Shown piece by piece: positions 49,545 through 58,871 of a DNA stretch of 64,000 nt. The first letter of the stretch is position 1, and each line of letters begins with the position of its first letter. The notes beneath the pieces are model-generated. The model had not been told where the DNA came from. It was given only the letters and a program-made list of their open reading frames with translations, and did not search any database. Origin of the DNA: a virus; the IMG/VR virus record IMGVR_UViG_3300044846_001307, positions 12,725 through 76,724 of that record, one strand, 5' to 3'. A program made the translations under genes and the position numbers.

Positions 49545-52500
49545 TATATTTTTTCAAACGTATAACCTAATTTCTTTAATTGTTGCATAGTAGCTTCATC
49601 TATTTCATCTCCAAGTTCATAATCAATAGAACCTCCTTGTTGAGCATATTGCATTTCTTCTTGAGAATCATTTTTTGCAATATAGTTAAATAGATCTTTT
49701 AATCCTTTCTCATCTTTTACAACTTTGAAAAGATTGTATAATGCAGGATCATAATTAGGATTATTTTTATCCAATGCACCATTTTTCTCTGCTTCAGATT
49801 TCCAAGACTTAATATCCTCATCTGTAATAACTTGTGTTGGTTGAAGACCTTTACTTTGTCTTACCTCAAATATTAAAGACTGTATGTTGTCTTGACTAGG
49901 ATCTGTAAGATAATCATAATAATCCCTAGCTGCTTTTTTATCTGCACCTTTAAGATCACCCCAACCTTCTTCAAATGATTTTAAGTTAGGTTGAATAATA
50001 ATTTGTTCAGCAGGTAATATTTTATCACCAAATTTATCCCAAAGTCTTGTTCTTTCTTCATGTGCAATAGTTGAATTTAATTCTTTTGGATCAGCTTTCA
50101 ACTTTTCATTTAGTAATATTTTTTCAGCATCACCCTCATCATCATACACTAACTCTCCCATTACATTTGGATCATCATTAATTATACTAGCATACTCATA
50201 AGGCACAGATTGATTTAATTCATCCAATAGTGGAGATTGCGGATTATAAACTGGTAAGAATTGTTTTAATGTACGTTCATATGTCTTATTACCTATTTCA
50301 TCAAAAGGTAATTGTCTATTCCCATACCAGTTACTAAAGTAAGAGTTTGCATCTATTAAATTACTTGAAGGATCATTTTCTTCAATAGGTGTATCCATTT
50401 GAACAGGAGCTGGGCCACCATTTCTTTTTTGGTTTAAAGCACCTCCATATTTTCTTTCAGCATCTATTAATTTCTGTTTATTACCAGTTGTTAAATACTC
50501 TTCAAATGATTTTACTAATTTTTTTTCAACGTCACTTTGTTGTTCTTGATTTTTTGAAGCAGCATTTAAGTAAGACATTATCAAAGCATCATCAAGATCT
50601 TTATATAACTCCTGTTGTTTTATTTTCTTTACATCACTCTCATCAAAAACTGTTATTTCTCTTGGATCAAAAGCACCAGTAAAACCTTTATCTCTTAATG
50701 CATCTGCAGCTTGAGCTTGACTTGTTCTAATTAAATCTTCATTACCAGTTGGATTAAAACTTGTTCTTAAAGCCTGTTCATACTCATATCCATTTTGAAA
50801 ATTTCTTGGATCTACACCATTTATCAAGCCTACTTTTTTTATAAAGTCATTAGTCATTGGTGCATTATAATTTAAAAAGTTTTGAGGATTTTTAAATAAA
50901 GCTTCTGAAACATAAGGTGTAAATGTTTTAGATTGAGGTATTAAACCATAACCACCTAAACTACTACTTCTAGCTGCACTTGCAGCAAAGTCAGGATGTT
51001 GTGTAAAATATGCACCACCTTCTTGATTACCTAAACCACTACCTCTAAAAGATCTATCAAAATTTTCAAATGATGTTTTATGTCCAGTTAAACCACCTGT
51101 TATTATTGGTTGATCACCATCATACATAATTGGATTGTAACCACTATACTGAGTTAAAAAATCACTCTCTAGCATAGGAACTTTTTCCAATAATTTTTTT
51201 GTTTGCTGTAAGTCTAACTTTGGCAATTCAAACTGAGCACCTGGAATAGCAGCTGGAAGATTAATCTGACTAGATAAACCTTTTAAATAATTATCTGCTA
51301 CATAATTTAAAGCAGGTAAATTTTTACTTACAGCACCTAAACCTCTAAGTGATTTTATCAAATTAGAACTAACTACCAGACCTAATTTAGGAGGAACTAC
51401 TTTAGCAACACCACCTAAGTTATATTTTCTAGTAAGTTTATAATTTGGAATTCTTATTTCACCTGTATTGCTTCCTGGAATAAGTTGTAAATAAGCTTTT
51501 TCTGTTAAACCCCTACCTTGTAAATCTGCATTCAATCTACCAATCATCTCATCAGCAGCCTTTGGATCCCATTGTCTTAATGAACGTAACCCTTTTGGTA
51601 CATTATCTAAACCTTCAAATAGTTTACTATGTGTTGCCGCAAAATTTAAAGGAATATAATTTTCAAAATTCATATCCCAATCTTTTTTATTTGCCATGTT
51701 TAGTAATAGATTATATGAATCTAAACTTAAACTATGTGGTTCTAATATAGAAGGAAACGGTTGTGGAAATGCATCATTAGCTATTTTAAATGCTTTTCCT
51801 GCTTCTAAAGGACTAGTCATTTTAGTACTAAAATGAAAAACATTATCCTCTACTTTATTATTAGGATGAACAGAAAGATAACCAGTATCACCGCTTATAC
51901 TTAAAGGGTAATTTATTTGAAGTGCTTTAAGATCAGCGGGTATATTTTTTAAATCTATTTGAGTAGGATTTATTTTAGGTAATATAGTAGTAGTTCCACG
52001 AGGAAATACAGTACTGCTTACACCAGCAGGTCCTATTATAGTACCAGTATATCTTCTAACAGGTGGTGCTTTAGTTACAGTTTTAACTACTTTACCTAAG
52101 TTAGCTTTAGTTAACTCAGGTACAGAAATGTCTTCTATAATAAAACCACCCTTAGCATACTCTTGTATTTCTTTAGGAGTAAGTTCTGCTTCTATAAATG
52201 CTGGTGACACATCTTTATAATGTTCTGCAAAGTATCTTGCATCATTTGGATTATCAAACTGCATTGCTTCTTTAGAAGAATGATCATAATCTCCAAAATT
52301 TAATTGACCATTTTCCTCTTGTATTTGTGGAACAGCATAGTTATCCATACTGGCCATATAATGTGTTCCATAATTACCATCACCAAAATCATATGGTTGG
52401 TCTGGTACAACAATCATTCTTTGTGCAGCGGGATTACCAAATTCATTTGCATATGCAAGTTTGGATTTCATAACTGCATTTGTATAGTCTTGTAAATGCT

Positions 52501-53329
52501 CAGGAAGAGGAATATCATATTCTCCTTCTTCATTATGTGAATCATTTACTGCTTGACCTTCAGCAGTAGTTTCTCTCCAATTTCTATAATCATTAAGTTT
52601 ATCCTGTAACAAATAATAATCTTCTAATGTCCAGCTATCTGGATTTCCTATTTGACTTTCTATGTCTCTAATTTCTTGACCCCATTCTTCTGGAGTTGTA
52701 GCTCCTCCTTTTCTATAGTACTTAGCATTAGGATCATACACTTTATTCTTTCTAGACTTAGGTTTAGCAAAGAATGAATTTTGTGTAAAGAACTTATTTG
52801 TAGCCTCTAGACTTCTTGAGTATCCTTTAGAGTTTTTCTTTCTAGGCATCTTTGGTAAAGAACCACCTTTTTTAAAATCATCTGGAGTTTCTAAAGTGGG
52901 GTCGTTATCTTCGTAATAGTTACCTGCTATTTCTTCTCCCGGTTGAATGTTCTTAAGGGCTCTTAAATATCTTTTGTTACCTTGAATTATAGAACCAGCA
53001 TTGAATGCATCATCAGAATGATTGTAATGTGCTCCTACAACAGGAGTCTCTTTACTTTTCAAATATGTTTCACCATTCTTTTGGAAAGATGATTTAATAT
53101 GTGAAAGACCAATTATCTCACCAGCTCTGATTGGTTCATCAGCAAACAAACCTTTACCTTGTATGTTAGATTTTTGTATACTAACTTTTTTGTTAGGTTT
53201 TTCATTTAAACCACCGTTACTCATCAAAGGGTTTCCACTTGGATCTACCAATATATCTCGTCTTTTAACAGGTGCTTTAGCACTACCAAGATTTTTGAGT
53301 GAATCAATAAGAACTTTTTTATTATACAT
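49544..53329 (-). CDS. polyvalent cargo protein: SET domain, ADP-ribosyltransferase-like domain, degenerate zincin
   Basis: 1261 aa; SET motifs SNIQGKGLFA..I..GE.I, YNHS and ALKNIQPGEEIAGNY at ~52910-53190; ART-like segment at ~50620-51100. Confidence 0.75.
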   Translation of the reverse strand: MYNKKVLIDSLKNLGSAKAPVKRRDILVDPSGNPLMSNGGLNEKPNKKVSIQKSNIQGKGLFADEPIRAGEIIGLSHIKSSFQKNGETYLKSKETPVVGAHYNHSDDAFNAGSIIQGNKRYLRALKNIQPGEEIAGNYYEDNDPTLETPDDFKKGGSLPKMPRKKNSKGYSRSLEATNKFFTQNSFFAKPKSRKNKVYDPNAKYYRKGGATTPEEWGQEIRDIESQIGNPDSWTLEDYYLLQDKLNDYRNWRETTAEGQAVNDSHNEEGEYDIPLPEHLQDYTNAVMKSKLAYANEFGNPAAQRMIVVPDQPYDFGDGNYGTHYMASMDNYAVPQIQEENGQLNFGDYDHSSKEAMQFDNPNDARYFAEHYKDVSPAFIEAELTPKEIQEYAKGGFIIEDISVPELTKANLGKVVKTVTKAPPVRRYTGTIIGPAGVSSTVFPRGTTTILPKINPTQIDLKNIPADLKALQINYPLSISGDTGYLSVHPNNKVEDNVFHFSTKMTSPLEAGKAFKIANDAFPQPFPSILEPHSLSLDSYNLLLNMANKKDWDMNFENYIPLNFAATHSKLFEGLDNVPKGLRSLRQWDPKAADEMIGRLNADLQGRGLTEKAYLQLIPGSNTGEIRIPNYKLTRKYNLGGVAKVVPPKLGLVVSSNLIKSLRGLGAVSKNLPALNYVADNYLKGLSSQINLPAAIPGAQFELPKLDLQQTKKLLEKVPMLESDFLTQYSGYNPIMYDGDQPIITGGLTGHKTSFENFDRSFRGSGLGNQEGGAYFTQHPDFAASAARSSSLGGYGLIPQSKTFTPYVSEALFKNPQNFLNYNAPMTNDFIKKVGLINGVDPRNFQNGYEYEQALRTSFNPTGNEDLIRTSQAQAADALRDKGFTGAFDPREITVFDESDVKKIKQQELYKDLDDALIMSYLNAASKNQEQQSDVEKKLVKSFEEYLTTGNKQKLIDAERKYGGALNQKRNGGPAPVQMDTPIEENDPSSNLIDANSYFSNWYGNRQLPFDEIGNKTYERTLKQFLPVYNPQSPLLDELNQSVPYEYASIINDDPNVMGELVYDDEGDAEKILLNEKLKADPKELNSTIAHEERTRLWDKFGDKILPAEQIIIQPNLKSFEEGWGDLKGADKKAARDYYDYLTDPSQDNIQSLIFEVRQSKGLQPTQVITDEDIKSWKSEAEKNGALDKNNPNYDPALYNLFKVVKDEKGLKDLFNYIAKNDSQEEMQYAQQGGSIDYELGDEIDEATMQQLKKLGYTFEKI

Positions 53330-56300
53330 TATCTAGGAGAAAATTGATTTTTACTATTAGACATTTTGAAAATCACATTGACATCGTCACCTTGATTTTT
53401 TCTAAGGTTTATAAAATTCAAATAATTTCTAAACTTCTTTCTTTGCATTTGAGGTTTAGCATAATCCATATTATTTGGATTCAAGATTCTAGTGAAACCA
53501 TCTGGTGCAGTTATCCATGTATTCTCTGAAGAATAAGATCCTTGAAGAACAGTAGTGCCTGGCACTACAGGTCCTGTTGGTGGATAGTTTGATCCATTAG
53601 GGAACTCAGCTCTTTGTTTTGTAATATCCCAGAACTGATTAAATCTATACTTGTTCTCTTCTTTAGAGTAAAGGATATCATATGAGTTAAGATTTGCATT
53701 TAGTTTTGGATAGTCTAATGATTGATTAACATTATTTTTAGGATAGATGTTAAGGTTTAGGTATCCAGAAACTTGTTCAGCATTGTATACTACAGCTCTA
53801 TCAAAATTATAATCTAACACATTATGTTGATCAACACAACTATCACCACGTCTTCTATATGCTTCTAAGATATACTCAATAGATCTAGTTGTCATTACAG
53901 ATTGTCCTGTTATAACTGGAAACTCAATCTCATATCCGTACTGTACACCATAGTAATTAGTGTAACCATCACAAATATAATTGTGTTTCCATAGAGTATT
54001 CTTCTTACTACTGATAAAGATATCTTTTGTAGGAATAAGTAAATCCGGATGCCAATCATGGAATGATATAAAGAACTGATTCTTAGGGTCATAGCTTAAT
54101 GTCCATGATGCATCATCAAACAAATAAGGATCTCCTAGATTAAATCTAGAATTTTGTTGACCATCTAATATAAAGTCATCACCCGTTCCATCTGGATTTA
54201 AGTCTCTATATTCAACTCTACCTTTAAATTGAGGTTTTAATTGATAATCTTTTTTACTAAAATACAAGATAGTACTTGAGCTATCATATGTAGATTGACA
54301 ACCAATACCAGCAACTGGATTATCTTGCCATGGGTAATTTGGAAAATCATCTGTTAACTTGTATGGCATATATAATATTAACCACCATTTCAAACCAGCT
54401 TGAGAAATTTCCTGCAGACCTTGACCATAAGAAAAAATTCTTCCCTGGTTTTGAGACATATAATACAACCCTACAGGAGTATTAATTACTGATAATCTAT
54501 TTTGAGAAGAACCAAATTCATATGCATTATCTGCATTAGTTACAGACTGCTGTGGTTGACTAAATAAAAGTCCGTCACCAATAGTAAGCTTGGTACCTAA
54601 ATCAGTTTCTAATGTATCAGTACCTTGGAACATCAATGGACTTTCATTTTTAAATGTAATGAAAATACCACTTTTGTTTACTGCCTTAACACCTGAAATC
54701 TGACCTGTAAATTCTTTGTAGTTATTTACTAAGTATATAAACCAACTATCTTTAATTGCCTCCATTTGTTGAGGCAATGAATAAATAATTCTATCTGGAT
54801 AATAAGTATAACATAACTTAGCTACACTAGGATCATAGTATCTACTTTGTACACTACCTGCAGAAAAATATTGATTATAAAGTTTTGATACACTTAATGA
54901 GTAATCATAAATATACTCACTCAGCATTCCCATAACATTAGGATTCATATTAAACATTGCCTGATAGTCCGTATATCTATATGGATCATAATGTTTACCT
55001 CCTTCTATTGGACTTTGTTTTCTAAAGTCAACAATAACTTCAGACTCTACAAAGAAATCTCTAATACCTGAATTAGCTAAATAAAAGTATGCTTCTTTTA
55101 CAGACCATAATCCTACATATCTATCACCTAATAAGCCACTTGGTAATGATACATCAGTTGCATAGTTATAACGTCTATTACTATTTACAAAATAATCAAG
55201 ATTGTAAAAAGAACCTGGATATGCACCAGTACCTGGTGTAGATGGTGAAGAGAAGTTAAATACTTCTGATAAATAACCAACATCATATCTGATACTATTT
55301 ACTTTAAATCTTGTTAAAGGAATCATACTATGCAGATAGTAGTTATACTCAAAACCATCTGGTTGACCATATAACCAATCATAGAAAAACATCATATTAT
55401 TTTTCTCAGTGTACCTGTTTATATAAGTATCACCACCAAATAATATAGGTGTTCTACTAATAACTTTAAAGTTATAGAAAACGTTATCAATAGGACATGT
55501 CCAACTTGGTTGAGCTATGGTATAATTTTTTAACTTCTGTTCACATGGTGTAATTGTAATTTGACTTTCACTACCTATCTGTCCATATTGATTTCTTACT
55601 CTTCCTTTTAATCCACCATAATGACTAGCAATAGTTAAACTAAAAGGTTTTGTTTTTGAATCCTCCTCAAAATTAGGAAGGTTTGTACTTATAAAAGCAG
55701 GGTTACTACTATTTTGAACTATTGTTCCTAATGTAACTAATGACTTATCTGTTACACCTGATGTAATTAAATTTGGACCAATAGTCACACCATTTGGATA
55801 CACGCCATTATAATAAGGACCTGATTTAGTTCTTACTACAACGGCATCAGATCTCTTTAAGTTATTTATATTATAACTAATAAATGTACCTGTATTAGTT
55901 TGATACTTAGGAACTTCTTGTACATTATCTCTAATATAAAAACTATCTTCTATTCTAAATCTACTTAATGCTGTAGTAGGTAAACTTGCCATGTTACCAT
56001 AAAAACCATGACTTACTTGTTGCAATGCATATTGTTCGTATTGAACAAAAGCATAAAATGTTCTCAATACTAATTCAGCACCCTCTGCAAAATAAAATGA
56101 TATAGCATTTAATGCACCTAAAATTCTTGAAGCAGGATCTAAATAAGCAAACTTAGGTAATTCAAGATTACCAGAAACAGCCATTGGTGATACACCAGCA
56201 TTATCAGCTGCACCATTGACTGTTGACACAAAAAGACTTTCATTATTAGCAGCAGCAGTATTATCATAACCAGCAGCTATACCTATAAATACATCTGCCA

Positions 56301-58869
56301 ATGCTAAACCTGAACTGTAATAATTATTTACAAAACTATTATATGTACCTGCAGCAGTATTTATAGTACTTAAAGCAGTATCTTGTGCAGCAGAGTCTGT
56401 TATTGAACCTCCAGCACCAGGTGTACTTGTTCCTGAAGTAAGTTGTCCTACACCTGTTGAATCTAAGGCAAGATTAATTGAACCAAAACCACCTGTTCCT
56501 CTATACTGTTCTGTATATGATAAGATTGTCGGACTATTCATAGTTCTCTTACCAAGCAAAGCAATAACAGTCTCAATAACTCCCCCTACAATCATAGCAG
56601 CTACAACAGCATTAGATAGTAGTTTCCATTTTGGATGACCAATAGGTTCTTGGAAAGCCATGTTAGCATAACCATTTAATGTCCCATATACTTTAAATTC
56701 TGTAGTAGAGAGGTACGGTGTTCTAAACATTGTATCCGGAGAATGGAATGTAAATATATCTGTAGGTATATTTTGATTAACCACAGTTCCATTTACAGGT
56801 TCATTCTTAATATATGGATCATTATAAAGATAATTATGATTTGAGGAATTATTTGTACTACCTATTGGTATAATAGTATTATAAGGATAGTTAGCATACA
56901 ATCCTGTTGTGTTTTGTGCCAATGCTCCTCTTGGTTGAAAAGTACGGAAGTTATTTACCATTCCTTTTGCAATGATAGTTTTATTCCCTTCTCTAGAACC
57001 TCTTAATATTTCATAACCAGCAATACCAGGAATATCAATCCCGTCTTGATCTTTAGGTAAAGTTATATTTTCAAATACAACACCCATTAATCTTATATTA
57101 TAATTTTGACCAGATGTTGCAATATTTGAATTTGGTCTAAAGTGTAATGCATCAGTTGTTGTATTGTTGTTTATATAGTTTTCAGGAAACTTATGATGTC
57201 TAATGTGTTGACCACATAAATCAAATGGACCTGCTGTTTTATTAGGAGGTACTTGTGCTGAAGGACCTGTCCAACAGTACTCACTAGAGTTCCATATATC
57301 TGGTCTATTATCAGGATACATTTCTGTAGATTCCCAATAACCCATTTCCCCTATAGCAAGTAATACACCACCATCATCCATAACCCATTTACCAGATGAG
57401 TTTAAAGTTGCATTTGGTAATGTTGTAGGGTAAGGTAATTGAGTAGCTGTATTGTATACTTCAAATACTTTATCATCTGTTGCTAAAGTGTTTGCTACAT
57501 TAAGATCAGCCGTTTCAAATCTTTGTCCTACACCAGGTACATTAAAGTTTCTTGGTGCTCTACCTGGAATATGATATGATGCAGATTTATCACCTGTTGT
57601 ATATACCCATCTAACATAGAAAGTATAAACTTCATCTCGTAAATAATTTGTTTTATTCCCACCCTTCATATAATAATCAGCTGGGTATTCAACACTAGCC
57701 CATCTTGCACTAATCATGTTAGCAAGTGGCTGATAGTTAAAATCAAATTTAGATCTTGGACCTACTTTCAACAAGTAATTGTTAACATCAGTAATTTGAT
57801 CTGATGTTTCAAATACAGGTGTTTGAATAGGTAATGCCTCTAATGGAATTTTTATCAAACTAGGATTAATTTGATCAATAGCAATTTTACTAGTAGTAGT
57901 AGAATATATTCCCATTCTACTTGCAACAGTTTGTTGATTAGTAGCTTCTACAATTACTAATTCAAACTCATCAAAATTTTCTGAATCTGCACTTACTTCA
58001 AGAGTCAATGATCCTTCTAGATCATTAACTGAATACACAAATTGAAAATTACTTTGAGAAAAGTAGTCTGTTACTTTTTGTCCTTTTATTGTATAAGCAA
58101 TCAATGCAAAGTATGTACCATTAGCCATGGTCCCACCTTGTTGACCTAATGTTAAATTAAGACAAGGTGTCTCCATTAATCTAGCTAATCTAGTATGTGG
58201 ACAATCCAGTGAGTTTGTTGGAGTATCATAATTACAATTATTAACAACAAGAGTAGTTATATTCCAAGCTACACCAGGCCACAAAAAATTTGTATTAACA
58301 CCATTAGAATAATAGTTCATAGATGATGCACCACCACCTAACCAACTATAATCTGGAGTAGGCCAAGTTTGTGGATCCCCTACATTTAAAAATCTATCTG
58401 GATTAAACCCATCTGCCCAATATACTTGCCAAGAACAATCTTCTCTTTGTCTTGATGAACCTGATATAAGATATCTTTTATCAAAATTTAAACATGAATC
58501 TTGTACAATCTCTCTATACAAACATACATCTTCTTCAAATAATCCTATTTCAGACATTATTCTTTTTCCAGTACTTCCATGTCCTGCTGTAAAAACAATC
58601 CACTTATCTGAATAAAGATATATTGCACCAATGATATACTTATCTGTTACTGTTGCAGGCATTGTTCTACCTGTAGTACCACAAAGTATATTTGATATTT
58701 CATTTGATATTGAACCTATGTCACCTTCAATAGTATTGTTTACCATGTTAACAGCATGGGTCCACATTCCTTCAGTAACAAATGAAGGGTCAGAATCTTT
58801 ATTTAACCCTTTTGTAAAAGCGTTAGTAGTGATCTTACCAGTATCCTGTAAACCTTGATTTTTTGCCAT
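53329..58869 (-). CDS. tail stabilisation (nozzle/muzzle) protein, crAss-like
   Basis: 1846 aa beta-rich protein; FTKGLNKD N-terminus, YLRDEVY, FGGDTYI and WTLSY...SFHDWHP; follows the tail tube genes as in crAss-like phages. Confidence 0.75.
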   Translation of the reverse strand: MAKNQGLQDTGKITTNAFTKGLNKDSDPSFVTEGMWTHAVNMVNNTIEGDIGSISNEISNILCGTTGRTMPATVTDKYIIGAIYLYSDKWIVFTAGHGSTGKRIMSEIGLFEEDVCLYREIVQDSCLNFDKRYLISGSSRQREDCSWQVYWADGFNPDRFLNVGDPQTWPTPDYSWLGGGASSMNYYSNGVNTNFLWPGVAWNITTLVVNNCNYDTPTNSLDCPHTRLARLMETPCLNLTLGQQGGTMANGTYFALIAYTIKGQKVTDYFSQSNFQFVYSVNDLEGSLTLEVSADSENFDEFELVIVEATNQQTVASRMGIYSTTTSKIAIDQINPSLIKIPLEALPIQTPVFETSDQITDVNNYLLKVGPRSKFDFNYQPLANMISARWASVEYPADYYMKGGNKTNYLRDEVYTFYVRWVYTTGDKSASYHIPGRAPRNFNVPGVGQRFETADLNVANTLATDDKVFEVYNTATQLPYPTTLPNATLNSSGKWVMDDGGVLLAIGEMGYWESTEMYPDNRPDIWNSSEYCWTGPSAQVPPNKTAGPFDLCGQHIRHHKFPENYINNNTTTDALHFRPNSNIATSGQNYNIRLMGVVFENITLPKDQDGIDIPGIAGYEILRGSREGNKTIIAKGMVNNFRTFQPRGALAQNTTGLYANYPYNTIIPIGSTNNSSNHNYLYNDPYIKNEPVNGTVVNQNIPTDIFTFHSPDTMFRTPYLSTTEFKVYGTLNGYANMAFQEPIGHPKWKLLSNAVVAAMIVGGVIETVIALLGKRTMNSPTILSYTEQYRGTGGFGSINLALDSTGVGQLTSGTSTPGAGGSITDSAAQDTALSTINTAAGTYNSFVNNYYSSGLALADVFIGIAAGYDNTAAANNESLFVSTVNGAADNAGVSPMAVSGNLELPKFAYLDPASRILGALNAISFYFAEGAELVLRTFYAFVQYEQYALQQVSHGFYGNMASLPTTALSRFRIEDSFYIRDNVQEVPKYQTNTGTFISYNINNLKRSDAVVVRTKSGPYYNGVYPNGVTIGPNLITSGVTDKSLVTLGTIVQNSSNPAFISTNLPNFEEDSKTKPFSLTIASHYGGLKGRVRNQYGQIGSESQITITPCEQKLKNYTIAQPSWTCPIDNVFYNFKVISRTPILFGGDTYINRYTEKNNMMFFYDWLYGQPDGFEYNYYLHSMIPLTRFKVNSIRYDVGYLSEVFNFSSPSTPGTGAYPGSFYNLDYFVNSNRRYNYATDVSLPSGLLGDRYVGLWSVKEAYFYLANSGIRDFFVESEVIVDFRKQSPIEGGKHYDPYRYTDYQAMFNMNPNVMGMLSEYIYDYSLSVSKLYNQYFSAGSVQSRYYDPSVAKLCYTYYPDRIIYSLPQQMEAIKDSWFIYLVNNYKEFTGQISGVKAVNKSGIFITFKNESPLMFQGTDTLETDLGTKLTIGDGLLFSQPQQSVTNADNAYEFGSSQNRLSVINTPVGLYYMSQNQGRIFSYGQGLQEISQAGLKWWLILYMPYKLTDDFPNYPWQDNPVAGIGCQSTYDSSSTILYFSKKDYQLKPQFKGRVEYRDLNPDGTGDDFILDGQQNSRFNLGDPYLFDDASWTLSYDPKNQFFISFHDWHPDLLIPTKDIFISSKKNTLWKHNYICDGYTNYYGVQYGYEIEFPVITGQSVMTTRSIEYILEAYRRRGDSCVDQHNVLDYNFDRAVVYNAEQVSGYLNLNIYPKNNVNQSLDYPKLNANLNSYDILYSKEENKYRFNQFWDITKQRAEFPNGSNYPPTGPVVPGTTVLQGSYSSENTWITAPDGFTRILNPNNMDYAKPQMQRKKFRNYLNFINLRKNQGDDVNVIFKMSNSKNQFSPR

Positions 58870-58871
58870 AA

